NCBI GenBank assembly: GCA_902567045.1
Contig: CACFLJ010000007.1
Coordinates: 512-64,511, forward strand
Direction of reading: 5' to 3'
From: an uncultured Pelagibacteraceae bacterium
GTDB lineage: Bacteria > Pseudomonadota > Alphaproteobacteria > Pelagibacterales > Pelagibacteraceae
DNA length: 64,000 nucleotides
Within the stretch, counting starts at the first letter, position 1; the number at the start of each line of letters is the position of its first letter. The notes below the pieces were generated by a model, which saw only the letters and a program-made list of their open reading frames with translations, was not told the DNA's origin and searched no databases. Positions 19,820 through 28,905 of the stretch are shown in pieces. Position numbers and translations under genes: made by a program.

Positions 19820-21307
19820 TTAGTCAACACTAACTGTGTGCCATCTTATTGAAAAATACTCAACTTCGTCGAGATTTTTTACTTTAGAAGATGTGACAAC
19901 CAATCTAGATACATGGTAAGGAATCATAGTTCCAGATTCTTCCCATAGTGTTTTCTGAGCATTGATATATGCAGCTTTTCTTTTACTGAAATTTAACTCA
20001 CCTCTAGCTTCAGCTAAATTTTTGTCAAAAGATGCACTTTTGTAGAAAGATTCATTCCATTTTGCTTCACTATGATAAGCTTCATGCAAAATACTGTCCG
20101 CAGGTCTCTCATTCCAACGTGTCATTGCTACAGGCTTTTTCATCCAAGTTTCATTCCAATAACTTTTTGAAGGTGTCATTTGAATATCTGCTCTTATGTT
20201 AGCTTTAGCAAATTGTTGTTGTAAAACCTCAGCAATAGTAGGCCATGTTGGTTCTTTTGTAGATACATGAATTGTGAAATCAATACCATCTGGATAACCT
20301 GCTTCTGCTAGTAGTTTTTTAGCAGTTGCATGTTGAGGTGGACACTTCTTTTTCATTCTGTATTGATCAGACGGGGCAACTGGAGTATCACAAGATACTG
20401 TTGCTGCTCCAGCCATAACTAAATCAACTAACTCTTGTCTATCTACAGCTATTCTGACAGCCTTTCTTACTCTAGGATCATCAAATGGTGCAACGTCAGT
20501 TCTCATTACCATACCTCTCCAGTTTCCTGTGGGTATCACTGATACATTGAATTTTGGATTACCATCAAATATTTTTTTCTGATTGAATGGAACATATCTA
20601 TTCATATCTATTTGACCAGTAAGCAAAGCTTGAATTCTAGCTTGACCATCTGGAATAGCTATTACTTGTACTTCAGCAAGTTTAGGTGCTCCTTCCCAAT
20701 AATCTGGGTTTGCTTTAAGTATTGTTGTTCCCTCAGCATCAAATTTTTCTACTATAAAAGGTCCTGTTCCAATTCCAGTTTTTCCAATAGTATCACCTGA
20801 TCCACTAGGTATCATTCTTAGTCTATAATCTGTCAGTAAAAGTGGAAAATCTGCAAAAGATGTATTCAACTTCATTTTAACTGTGTGTGAGTCTACAACC
20901 TCAATATCTGTTACTGCACTCATACTTTTCTTAGCAGGCGAACCAATTTCAGGATCTTTAACTCTCATCAAAGAGTATTTTACATCCTCTGCATCAAACT
21001 CAGATCCATCATGGAATTTAACACCTTTTCTTAAGTTAAAAGTCCATTCTGTTGCATCTGCATTTCCTGACCAGTCTGTTGCTAGCTCAGGCGATGTAAC
21101 CCCTTTAAGATCTTTTCTAACCAGACGGTTCTGTGTCATGATAACTACCTGAAACAGTCGTCCTTTAGTAATTGCGTCTAAATTTGTATCTTTTCCAAAA
21201 CCAACATCATGGGATAATTTAAAAACACCGCTTGATGCATTGGCAAAAGAAAATGTTACAAATAGTGATACCAATGAAATTGATATCAATTTAAAAATGT
21301 TTTTCAT
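19820..21307 (-). CDS. Family 5 (peptide/nickel-type) ABC solute-binding protein
   Basis: Signal peptide; PELATDW, WTFNLRKGVKFHDGS.FDAEDV, GTGPF, PFDDPRVRKA; SD GAGG upstream. Confidence 0.93.
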   Translation of the reverse strand: MKNIFKLISISLVSLFVTFSFANASSGVFKLSHDVGFGKDTNLDAITKGRLFQVVIMTQNRLVRKDLKGVTSPELATDWSGNADATEWTFNLRKGVKFHDGSEFDAEDVKYSLMRVKDPEIGSPAKKSMSAVTDIEVVDSHTVKMKLNTSFADFPLLLTDYRLRMIPSGSGDTIGKTGIGTGPFIVEKFDAEGTTILKANPDYWEGAPKLAEVQVIAIPDGQARIQALLTGQIDMNRYVPFNQKKIFDGNPKFNVSVIPTGNWRGMVMRTDVAPFDDPRVRKAVRIAVDRQELVDLVMAGAATVSCDTPVAPSDQYRMKKKCPPQHATAKKLLAEAGYPDGIDFTIHVSTKEPTWPTIAEVLQQQFAKANIRADIQMTPSKSYWNETWMKKPVAMTRWNERPADSILHEAYHSEAKWNESFYKSASFDKNLAEARGELNFSKRKAAYINAQKTLWEESGTMIPYHVSRLVVTSSKVKNLDEVEYFSIRWHTVSVD

Positions 21308-21422
21308 AATTTCCTCTCTTTAAAAAAATAAAAGGTAACAATTAGCAACTTATATAGCAACAGTGAAAATGGTTCTTTTTTATTTGTTTTATTGATGTAT
21401 TTTGATTATTTAAAAAACAATA

Positions 21423-22652
21423 ATGAAAGATTTAATCAATAAATATAGGTTTACAGTTAAACCTGTTAGCCTTGAAAATTCTAACTCTTTGGAGCTCGCA
21501 AGGTCAATTCAAGTTCATCCACTAACATACCAAGAGCTGCCATATGACCCTGAATATTCTAATTATGCAGGAAGATTAACACTTGAGAAATTGTCAAATG
21601 TTAGTCCTGAAGAAATGTATTGGAAAGGAAGGCAAGAAATAATATTTAGACATACTGGTGAACATCCATTTGAAATATCTGGTCCAGATTCATTAAAGTT
21701 ATTACAAAAAATATTTCCAAGAGATGTATCTAAAATATCAAAAGGAAGATGCTCTTATCAGTTTGCTTGTTATCATGATGGAGGAATGATTACAGATGGA
21801 GTTCTATTAAAAATTGACGAAGATAAATACTGGTTTGCTCAAGCAGATGGGGATCTTTTTTCTTGGTACAAAGCTCACTCTAAAAATATGGATGTTGAAA
21901 TAAAAGATCCTGAGGTATGGGTAAGTCAAATACAAGGTCCTTTATCAATGAAACTATTAGAAAATATTGCAGATAGATTTTCTGAAAATGACTGGAAATA
22001 TTTTGATTGGAAAGAATTACAAATCTTAGATCAAAAAGTAATTGTAAGTCGAAGTGGTTTTACAAATGAGCTAGGTTGGGAAATTTATTTCAGACCCGAA
22101 AATGAAACTGAAAAAATTGGAGATTACATTCTTGAAGAGGGAAAAAAATTAGGTATGATTTTAGTAGCCACTCCGGGTTTTAGATGTAGAAGAATTGAGG
22201 CAGGACTACTATCTGCAGGACAAGACTTTTCAAAAAAAACAGATCCATTTTCAGTTGGCCTTGGACGATTTATAAATTTTGATAAAGAGGATTTTATTGG
22301 AAAAGAAGCTCTAATGAAATCAGATAGAAAATGTAAGACATGGGGCATTAGAGTAGTAGATGGAACAGCTCTCAAAGGAGAAAGTATCAAAATTAATGAA
22401 AAAAATATTGGCAGGATCACCTCAAGCACCTGGTCACCATATCAAATTTGTGGTGTTGGTATCGTTCACCTTGATAATAATGAAAATGGCCCAGGAGATG
22501 TTGTAGATGTTAAATGCACTGATGGAAAAGTACATAAAGGAGAAATCTGTAAATTGCCAATGTATGATGCAAAAGGAGAAATTGTTAGAGGTATAAATAG
22601 GAATATTCCTAAACAGCCAAATCCTTGGCCTGGCATTAAAACCAAAAATTAA
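21423..22652 (+). CDS. GcvT-family aminomethyltransferase/demethylase-like protein, divergent subfamily
   Basis: EISGPDS, GGMITDG, QIQGP, SRSGFTNELGWEIY, RRIEAG, DFIGKEAL. Confidence 0.85.
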   Translation: MKDLINKYRFTVKPVSLENSNSLELARSIQVHPLTYQELPYDPEYSNYAGRLTLEKLSNVSPEEMYWKGRQEIIFRHTGEHPFEISGPDSLKLLQKIFPRDVSKISKGRCSYQFACYHDGGMITDGVLLKIDEDKYWFAQADGDLFSWYKAHSKNMDVEIKDPEVWVSQIQGPLSMKLLENIADRFSENDWKYFDWKELQILDQKVIVSRSGFTNELGWEIYFRPENETEKIGDYILEEGKKLGMILVATPGFRCRRIEAGLLSAGQDFSKKTDPFSVGLGRFINFDKEDFIGKEALMKSDRKCKTWGIRVVDGTALKGESIKINEKNIGRITSSTWSPYQICGVGIVHLDNNENGPGDVVDVKCTDGKVHKGEICKLPMYDAKGEIVRGINRNIPKQPNPWPGIKTKN

Positions 22653-22665
22653 AAAGCTTTAGTTT

Positions 22666-23358
22666 GTGAAGAGTAAAAAACAAATAATAGCAATTGGAGG
22701 TGGAGGTTTCACTCATAATGAAGATAGCGATTTAGATCAATTTTTTTTAGATCAAATTAGTAAAAAAAACTGCTCTATAGGATTTTTACCAACTGCTAGT
22801 AATGATGATTCCAGAAAAACTGAACTATTCTATAAAAGATTTAAAAATACTAACTTTAAAGTTTCTCATTTCAATCTTGTCTCCAGCGTTAAGGGTTTTG
22901 AAAACTGGATTTCAAATTTAGATGCTATTTATGTTGGTGGAGGAAATACTAAATTCGTGCTCGATTTATGGAAAAAAAATAATTTATTTGAAATTTTTAA
23001 AGAAATTTATTATTCAGGAATAATTCTTTCTGGTGTAAGTGCTGGGGCTGCATGTTGGTTTGATTATTTTCTGACAGACTCAGATGGACCTGGCTTCAAA
23101 CCATTACGTGGCATAGGGCTTATATCTGGAAGTTTTACTCCACATTATTCAGATGCAAAAAGAGCAGAAAAATACAGAGAAAATATAAAAAATAAAACTT
23201 TACCTAGTGGTGTAGCTGTAGATGATGGAGTTGCAGTACTTTTTATTGACGGAAAACCAACTGAGGTTTATTCTTCCAGAGAAAGTCATAATGCTTATTT
23301 TGTTAATCAAAATAAACAAATTAATTTAAAAGAATATATTAAAATTAATAATGAGTGA
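22666..23358 (+). CDS. Peptidase E (S51)-like protein
   Basis: FLPTAS, YVGGGNT, nucleophile GVSAGA, PHY; GTG start. Confidence 0.85.
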   Translation: MKSKKQIIAIGGGGFTHNEDSDLDQFFLDQISKKNCSIGFLPTASNDDSRKTELFYKRFKNTNFKVSHFNLVSSVKGFENWISNLDAIYVGGGNTKFVLDLWKKNNLFEIFKEIYYSGIILSGVSAGAACWFDYFLTDSDGPGFKPLRGIGLISGSFTPHYSDAKRAEKYRENIKNKTLPSGVAVDDGVAVLFIDGKPTEVYSSRESHNAYFVNQNKQINLKEYIKINNE

Positions 23359-24514
23359 TAATATTTTACCAAGTCAAAAAATTTTTAGCATTAAAGATGC
23401 AAGGGAACTGTCACGTAAACGTCTACCTAAATTAGTTTTTGATTTTATTGATGGTGCATCAGGAGATGAAAAATTAGCAGAAATAAATAGCAGAGCTTTA
23501 GATCAAATTAGACTTGAACCTAAAGTTTTAAGAAATGTTGAAAAAAGATCTCTTAAAAAAAAAGTATTAGGGTATGAATTTGATTTTCCATTTGGTTTTG
23601 CTCCAATGGGAATGACTAATTTATCATGGCCTGGGGCAGACTCTATGTTAGCAGCTGAAAGTGCGAGAAACAATATACCTACTTGTGTTTCTATGGCTTC
23701 TACAACAACTTTAGAAAAAATGTATGAACTTTCAGAAGGTCACTCATGGATGCAGCTGTATATATTTCAGGATGAAAATTTTGTTATGGAACTTTTAGAT
23801 AGAGCTAAGAATACAGGATACGAAGTTGCAATATTAACTGTGGATGTCCCAGTACTATCCAGACGAACTAGAGATGATAAAAATGGTTTCTCCTACCCTT
23901 TCAAGATTGGTCCAAAACAATTTTTTGATTTTGCAACTCATCCTACTTGGTCTTTATCGACTTTGCTAAGCGGCATTCCTAAACCAATGAACTATGTTAC
24001 ATCTAAAAGTGGAGATGGTATTTTTAAAAGAAAAGAAAGTAGAGGCTCTACAGATTGGGATACACTTAAAAGAGTAAGAGATAAATGGAAGGGTAAACTT
24101 ATAATTAAAGGAGTAATGTCTCCTGATGATGCAAAACAAATAAAAGAAGCTGGTGCAGATGCAATTCAAGTTTCAAATCATGGTGGTAGACAATTAGATA
24201 GTGCTACAGCAGCTATAAATATGCTTCCACTAATCAGAAAATCAGTAGGAAACGATTTTCCTTTAATTTTTGATAGTGGAATAAGAAGTGGAAGTGATAT
24301 TGTAAGAGCACTTGCATTTGGTGCTGATTATGCAATGATTGGTAGACCCGTGATGTATGCAATGGGAGCTGATGGAAAAAAGGGATTAAGGAGAATTGTG
24401 GAAATAATCAAAGAAGAAGCCAGCACAACACTTGGGTTAGTAGGATTAAACGATATTAATGATGTAACTTCTAATATAGTAATAGATAGTACTGTAAATA
24501 AGGTAAATTACTAA
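23351..24514 (+). CDS. FMN-dependent alpha-hydroxy-acid dehydrogenase (LldD/mandelate DH family)
   Basis: FDFIDG, LTVDVP, SNHGGRQLD, DSGIRSGSD. Confidence 0.92.
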   Translation: MSDNILPSQKIFSIKDARELSRKRLPKLVFDFIDGASGDEKLAEINSRALDQIRLEPKVLRNVEKRSLKKKVLGYEFDFPFGFAPMGMTNLSWPGADSMLAAESARNNIPTCVSMASTTTLEKMYELSEGHSWMQLYIFQDENFVMELLDRAKNTGYEVAILTVDVPVLSRRTRDDKNGFSYPFKIGPKQFFDFATHPTWSLSTLLSGIPKPMNYVTSKSGDGIFKRKESRGSTDWDTLKRVRDKWKGKLIIKGVMSPDDAKQIKEAGADAIQVSNHGGRQLDSATAAINMLPLIRKSVGNDFPLIFDSGIRSGSDIVRALAFGADYAMIGRPVMYAMGADGKKGLRRIVEIIKEEASTTLGLVGLNDINDVTSNIVIDSTVNKVNY

Positions 24515-26257
24515 ATGAGTGAAAACAAAATTAGAGGTGGAGCATTACTTGCGAGAGCTCTAAAAGACAAAGGAATTAGCAAAGTTTTCACCCTTTCGGG
24601 AGGTTTTTGCAATCCTGCAATTGAAGGTTTTGCCGAATGCCAAATTGAAGTCATAAACACTCCTCATGAGCAGATTGCAGGTCATTTAGCAGATGGTAAT
24701 ACAAGAATCACTCGTAAACCATCGGTATGTTTAGTTGGACCCGAAGGATTTACAAATGCTGTCCCTTCAATGATGGAAGCTTGGGGTGAGAGAAGTCCCA
24801 TTATTTACATTACAGGATCTAGCAGTCTTAAAAGACAAGGTTCAGGTGGTTTTAAAGAAATTGACGATGTTTCAATTGCAGCCCCTTTAACTAAATACAG
24901 CGCAAGTATTACTGATGGAACTAGAATAAGAGAATTTGTAGACAAAGCATATCATATTGCAACTAATGGATATCCTGGCGCTGTACATCTTAGTCTTCCA
25001 GTTGATATAATGTTTTCATCTTTTGAAGAGGAAGTTGGTTTAGAAGAAAGACCATATTCTCAAAAAGCAAAACCTATAGCCAAAGCGTGGCCGGATCCAA
25101 AGGCACTTTCAGAAGTCTTAGAACTTGCTTGTAATTCAAAAAAACCAGTTATCATTGGTGGACACGGTGTTTGGTGGTCACATTCAGAAAAAAATCTTGA
25201 GGCAGCAGGTAATAATTTAAATATACCAATTTTTAATGTCCCATATCATCAAAAATTATTAGGAGAAGAAGCTAACGCTTATATGGGCTTAGCTGATATA
25301 CATCAATATCCTCCTTCAGAATTTGCATTACAAAATTCAGATCTGGTTCTTGTAGTTGGAGCACGATTAGATAATCAACTAAATTTTGGAAATCCACCTT
25401 TTATACCAGAAACAACAAAATTAGTTTGTGTGAATGGTTCACATGAAGAATTAGAACTTAATAGAGCTGCAGATTTTAGTTTACTAAGTGATCCTGGTGT
25501 TTTTTTAGATACATTATCCAACTTAAAAAAAAATAATAAGTGGTCTTTAAATACAAATTGGTTTGAAGAGAATAAAAAAAAGAAGAAAGAATGGGTAGAT
25601 AAATCATTAAAAGATTTAGAAATTGAAGCTGAAGCATCTAAAAAAAATGGAGGAAAAATTCACCCTCTACAACTTTCATTGGATGTTCAAGATGCAATGG
25701 GTGAAAATGATTGGCTTGTTATCGATGGAGGAAACACTCATTTTTGGTCAGAGATTGCAATCAATATCGCGGGTGCTAAAGGAAAAAAATTAAAAGGAAT
25801 ATTACATCCTGGAACTTTTAGCATGTTAGGTGTAGGGGTTTCATTCGCTTTATCTGCTAAAAACCACAGTCCAGATTCAAATGTAGTTCTGATTAGTGGA
25901 GATGGTGCGTTTTTATCAGGAGGTATGTCTATTGAAAGTGTATTTTATGAAAAAAAACCTATTACTGTTGTAATCGATAATAACGGGGGTCTTGCTTCAA
26001 TTGGCCAACAACAAGAAAGGTTATTTAAAAGTGGAAAAAGTGTAGGAACTGATTTTCGTGATATACCATTTCATAAGATATTTGAGGGTTTTGGAGGACA
26101 TGGAGAATTAGTTAATAAAAGAGAAGAATTAGGCCCAGCACTTAAAAGAGCTTTAGAAAGTGGAAAACCAGCATGCGTAAATGTTAAAGCAAAACCTGTA
26201 TTAAGCCCAATAGTCTCTGCAGTTGCAAGTAAAAGAGAGAAATCATCAATAGAATAA
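24515..26257 (+). CDS. ThDP-dependent enzyme (acetolactate synthase / 2-hydroxyacyl-CoA lyase-like)
   Basis: HEQ catalytic Glu, GDGAF...DNNGG ThDP-binding motif. Confidence 0.9.
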   Translation: MSENKIRGGALLARALKDKGISKVFTLSGGFCNPAIEGFAECQIEVINTPHEQIAGHLADGNTRITRKPSVCLVGPEGFTNAVPSMMEAWGERSPIIYITGSSSLKRQGSGGFKEIDDVSIAAPLTKYSASITDGTRIREFVDKAYHIATNGYPGAVHLSLPVDIMFSSFEEEVGLEERPYSQKAKPIAKAWPDPKALSEVLELACNSKKPVIIGGHGVWWSHSEKNLEAAGNNLNIPIFNVPYHQKLLGEEANAYMGLADIHQYPPSEFALQNSDLVLVVGARLDNQLNFGNPPFIPETTKLVCVNGSHEELELNRAADFSLLSDPGVFLDTLSNLKKNNKWSLNTNWFEENKKKKKEWVDKSLKDLEIEAEASKKNGGKIHPLQLSLDVQDAMGENDWLVIDGGNTHFWSEIAINIAGAKGKKLKGILHPGTFSMLGVGVSFALSAKNHSPDSNVVLISGDGAFLSGGMSIESVFYEKKPITVVIDNNGGLASIGQQQERLFKSGKSVGTDFRDIPFHKIFEGFGGHGELVNKREELGPALKRALESGKPACVNVKAKPVLSPIVSAVASKREKSSIE

Positions 26258-26259
26258 TT

Positions 26260-26595
26260 GTGGCAACTTTCTCTTCTCATTTATTAGATGCAACAAATGG
26301 CTCGCACGCTGCAAATGTTGATGTAATTATTTATCAAGTTTATGAAAGTGGAGAAAAAAAAGTTTTTTTTGAAACTAAATCTGATGAAGGTGGTCGAATA
26401 CTTCAAGAATTTGAATTAAGTAAAGACGACTGCAAGTGTGATTACGAAATGGTTTGTAAAACTGGCAATTATTTTTCAGAAAAAAAAATAGTTTCAGAAA
26501 TTAACATTAAATTTAAAATGGAAGATCAAAATAAAAAATATCATATCCCAATTATAATTTCTAAAAATAGCTATACAGTTTGGTGGTCTAAATAA
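26260..26595 (+). CDS. Transthyretin-like protein (5-hydroxyisourate hydrolase fold) with variant C-terminus
   Basis: SSHLLDATNG, GGR, YHIP present; ends YTVWWSK instead of YRGS; GTG start. Confidence 0.8.
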   Translation: MATFSSHLLDATNGSHAANVDVIIYQVYESGEKKVFFETKSDEGGRILQEFELSKDDCKCDYEMVCKTGNYFSEKKIVSEINIKFKMEDQNKKYHIPIIISKNSYTVWWSK

Positions 26596-26596
26596 A

Positions 26597-27763
26597 ATGA
26601 GTAAAGAAAATTTAATTCCTCAAAAAAATATAAAATTAAATATGTCTAGACGTATCAGACGTACTCCATTTACAAATAAAGTAGAGGAATGTGGTGTGTC
26701 AGATTTTACTGTAGTTAATCATATGCTACTGCCAAAAGGTTTTAAAAATACCGTTGAAGAAGATTACTGGCATTTAAGAGAAAATGTTCAAGTTTGGGAT
26801 GTGTCTTGTCAAAGACAAGTACAAATTACAGGTCCAGATGCTGAAAAACTTGTACAAAAAATGACACCCCGATCTATAAAAAAAATGGAAACCGGTAAAT
26901 GTTTTTATATTCCAATAATTGATGAAACAGCCGGTATGATTAACGATCCAGTTTTATTAAAGCTAGATGATGATATGTTTTGGATTTCAATTGCAGATTC
27001 AGATATTTTACTTTGGGCAAAAGGTATTGCATTAGGATCAAAATTAAATGTAGAAATTATTGAACCAGATGTTTATCCACTAGCTATTCAGGGTCCTAAA
27101 TCTGAAGATCTTTTAATTTCAATTTTTGGTGAGGATATAAAAAAATTAAAATTTTTTAATTTTAAAGTATTTGATTTTTTAGGAACCAAACAAATTATTG
27201 CTAGATCGGGATATAGTAAACAAGATGGTTTTGAAATATATTTTAAAGGATTTGAAACGCACTTTAATGAAATAGAGCTTGGAGAAAAACTTTGGGATAC
27301 CGTGTGGGAGAATGGACAAAAATTTAATATTTCTCCAGGATGCCCAAATTTAATTGATAGAATTGAGGCTGGTTTGATGTCCTATGGAAATGATTTTACA
27401 AGAGAAAATAATCCATTGGAGTGTAATCTTGAAAAATATTGCAAACAGGAAGATGATCATGATTTTATAGGTAAAGAAGCTTTAAGAAAGATCCAATCAG
27501 ATGGAATAGCTCAAAAAATGAGAGGAATATTGTTTGATGGAGACCCATGCAAGCCAACGGGGGTGCCCCTTCCAGTATATTCAAAAGATAATACAAAAAT
27601 TGGCCAAATTGCTTCTGGAATTTATTCTCCAAGATTTAAAAAGAATATAGGTCTTTCTATGATTTTGAAAGATTACTGGGAAATTGGAAATGAAGTTTTT
27701 GTAAATACTTTCAATGGAAAAAACAGAAAAGGCATTATAACTTCTTTACCATTTCCAGATTAA
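26597..27763 (+). CDS. dmdA: DMSP demethylase-like protein (DmdA clade of GcvT family)
   Basis: SRRIRRTPF, NHMLLP, VQVWDVSCQRQV, WISIADSD, ARSGYSKQ, GCPNLIDRIE, SYGNDF all match DmdA as I recall it. Confidence 0.78.
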   Translation: MSKENLIPQKNIKLNMSRRIRRTPFTNKVEECGVSDFTVVNHMLLPKGFKNTVEEDYWHLRENVQVWDVSCQRQVQITGPDAEKLVQKMTPRSIKKMETGKCFYIPIIDETAGMINDPVLLKLDDDMFWISIADSDILLWAKGIALGSKLNVEIIEPDVYPLAIQGPKSEDLLISIFGEDIKKLKFFNFKVFDFLGTKQIIARSGYSKQDGFEIYFKGFETHFNEIELGEKLWDTVWENGQKFNISPGCPNLIDRIEAGLMSYGNDFTRENNPLECNLEKYCKQEDDHDFIGKEALRKIQSDGIAQKMRGILFDGDPCKPTGVPLPVYSKDNTKIGQIASGIYSPRFKKNIGLSMILKDYWEIGNEVFVNTFNGKNRKGIITSLPFPD

Positions 27764-27779
27764 CCTTATATTTATCATT

Positions 27780-28904
27780 ATGTTTAAACCTGTTATTGCC
27801 GGCTTCTCAAGATCACCTTTCACGATGGCAAGAAAAGGTGCGCTCATTGATATTAAGCCAGTAAATTTATTAGCAGAGGTGATTAAAAATTTAGTTTCTA
27901 AATCCAATGTTAAAAAAGAGGATATTGAGGATATTGTTGTAGGTTGCGCATTCCAAACTGGAGAGCAGTCATTTAATATTGGAAAGCTAACAACATTTTT
28001 GACTAATATGGATGTCAAAACTTCAGGAATGACAGTTGATAGATGGTGTGGTTCTTCAATGGAAGCTATTCATATCGCTGCAGGTAAAATTTCATTAGGT
28101 GCAGGAAAAGTATTTATATGTGGAGGAGTTGAAAGTATGACCAGAGTTAATACAGGATTTGACCCGATACCTTATCCTGAAAATAAAAATGATAATCCTC
28201 ATGTGTATTTTTCAATGGGGACTACTGCTGAAAATGTTGCTAAGAAATATGATATCTCAAGAAGTGAACAACAGGAGTTTGCGATCTCAAGTCATCAAAA
28301 AGCACATGAAGCTCAAACAAAAGGAAAATTTAAAAATGAAATAGTATCTATTGGAGATTGTGATACCGATGGAAATATTAGACCAGGTAGCACAATGGAA
28401 AAATTAGATGGATTAAAACTTGCATTTGATGAAAATGGTACTGTTACAGCAGCAACTTCTTCACCTTTGACCGATGGTGCAGCTGCAACATTAATTTGCG
28501 AAGAAAATTATGCAAAAGAAAATAATTTAAATATTTTGGGAAGAATTGTGTCTACAGCAGTACAAGGTTGTGACCCTGACTATATGGGATTAGGTCCAAT
28601 TGGAGCATCAAGAAAAGCTTTGGAGAGAGCTAATTTGTCAGCGGATAAAGTTGATATTGTTGAATTAAATGAGGCTTTCGCTTCACAATCCTTAGCGTGT
28701 ATTAAAGATTTAGGTATAGACAAAGATAAAGTTAATTTAGATGGTGGAGCACTTGCCCTTGGCCATCCTCTTGGAGCAACAGGCGCAAGAATTACAGGTA
28801 AGGCTGCTGAATTACTTCAAAGAGAAAATAAAAAGTATGCTTTATCTACTCAATGTATTGGGTTAGGTATGGGAATTGCTACAGTAATCGAGTCTGTAAA
28901 CTAA
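27780..28904 (+). CDS. Thiolase (acetyl-CoA C-acyltransferase)
   Basis: WCGSS nucleophile, ELNEAFA, GHPLGATG, CIGLG. Confidence 0.93.
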   Translation: MFKPVIAGFSRSPFTMARKGALIDIKPVNLLAEVIKNLVSKSNVKKEDIEDIVVGCAFQTGEQSFNIGKLTTFLTNMDVKTSGMTVDRWCGSSMEAIHIAAGKISLGAGKVFICGGVESMTRVNTGFDPIPYPENKNDNPHVYFSMGTTAENVAKKYDISRSEQQEFAISSHQKAHEAQTKGKFKNEIVSIGDCDTDGNIRPGSTMEKLDGLKLAFDENGTVTAATSSPLTDGAAATLICEENYAKENNLNILGRIVSTAVQGCDPDYMGLGPIGASRKALERANLSADKVDIVELNEAFASQSLACIKDLGIDKDKVNLDGGALALGHPLGATGARITGKAAELLQRENKKYALSTQCIGLGMGIATVIESVN

Positions 28905-28905
28905 A

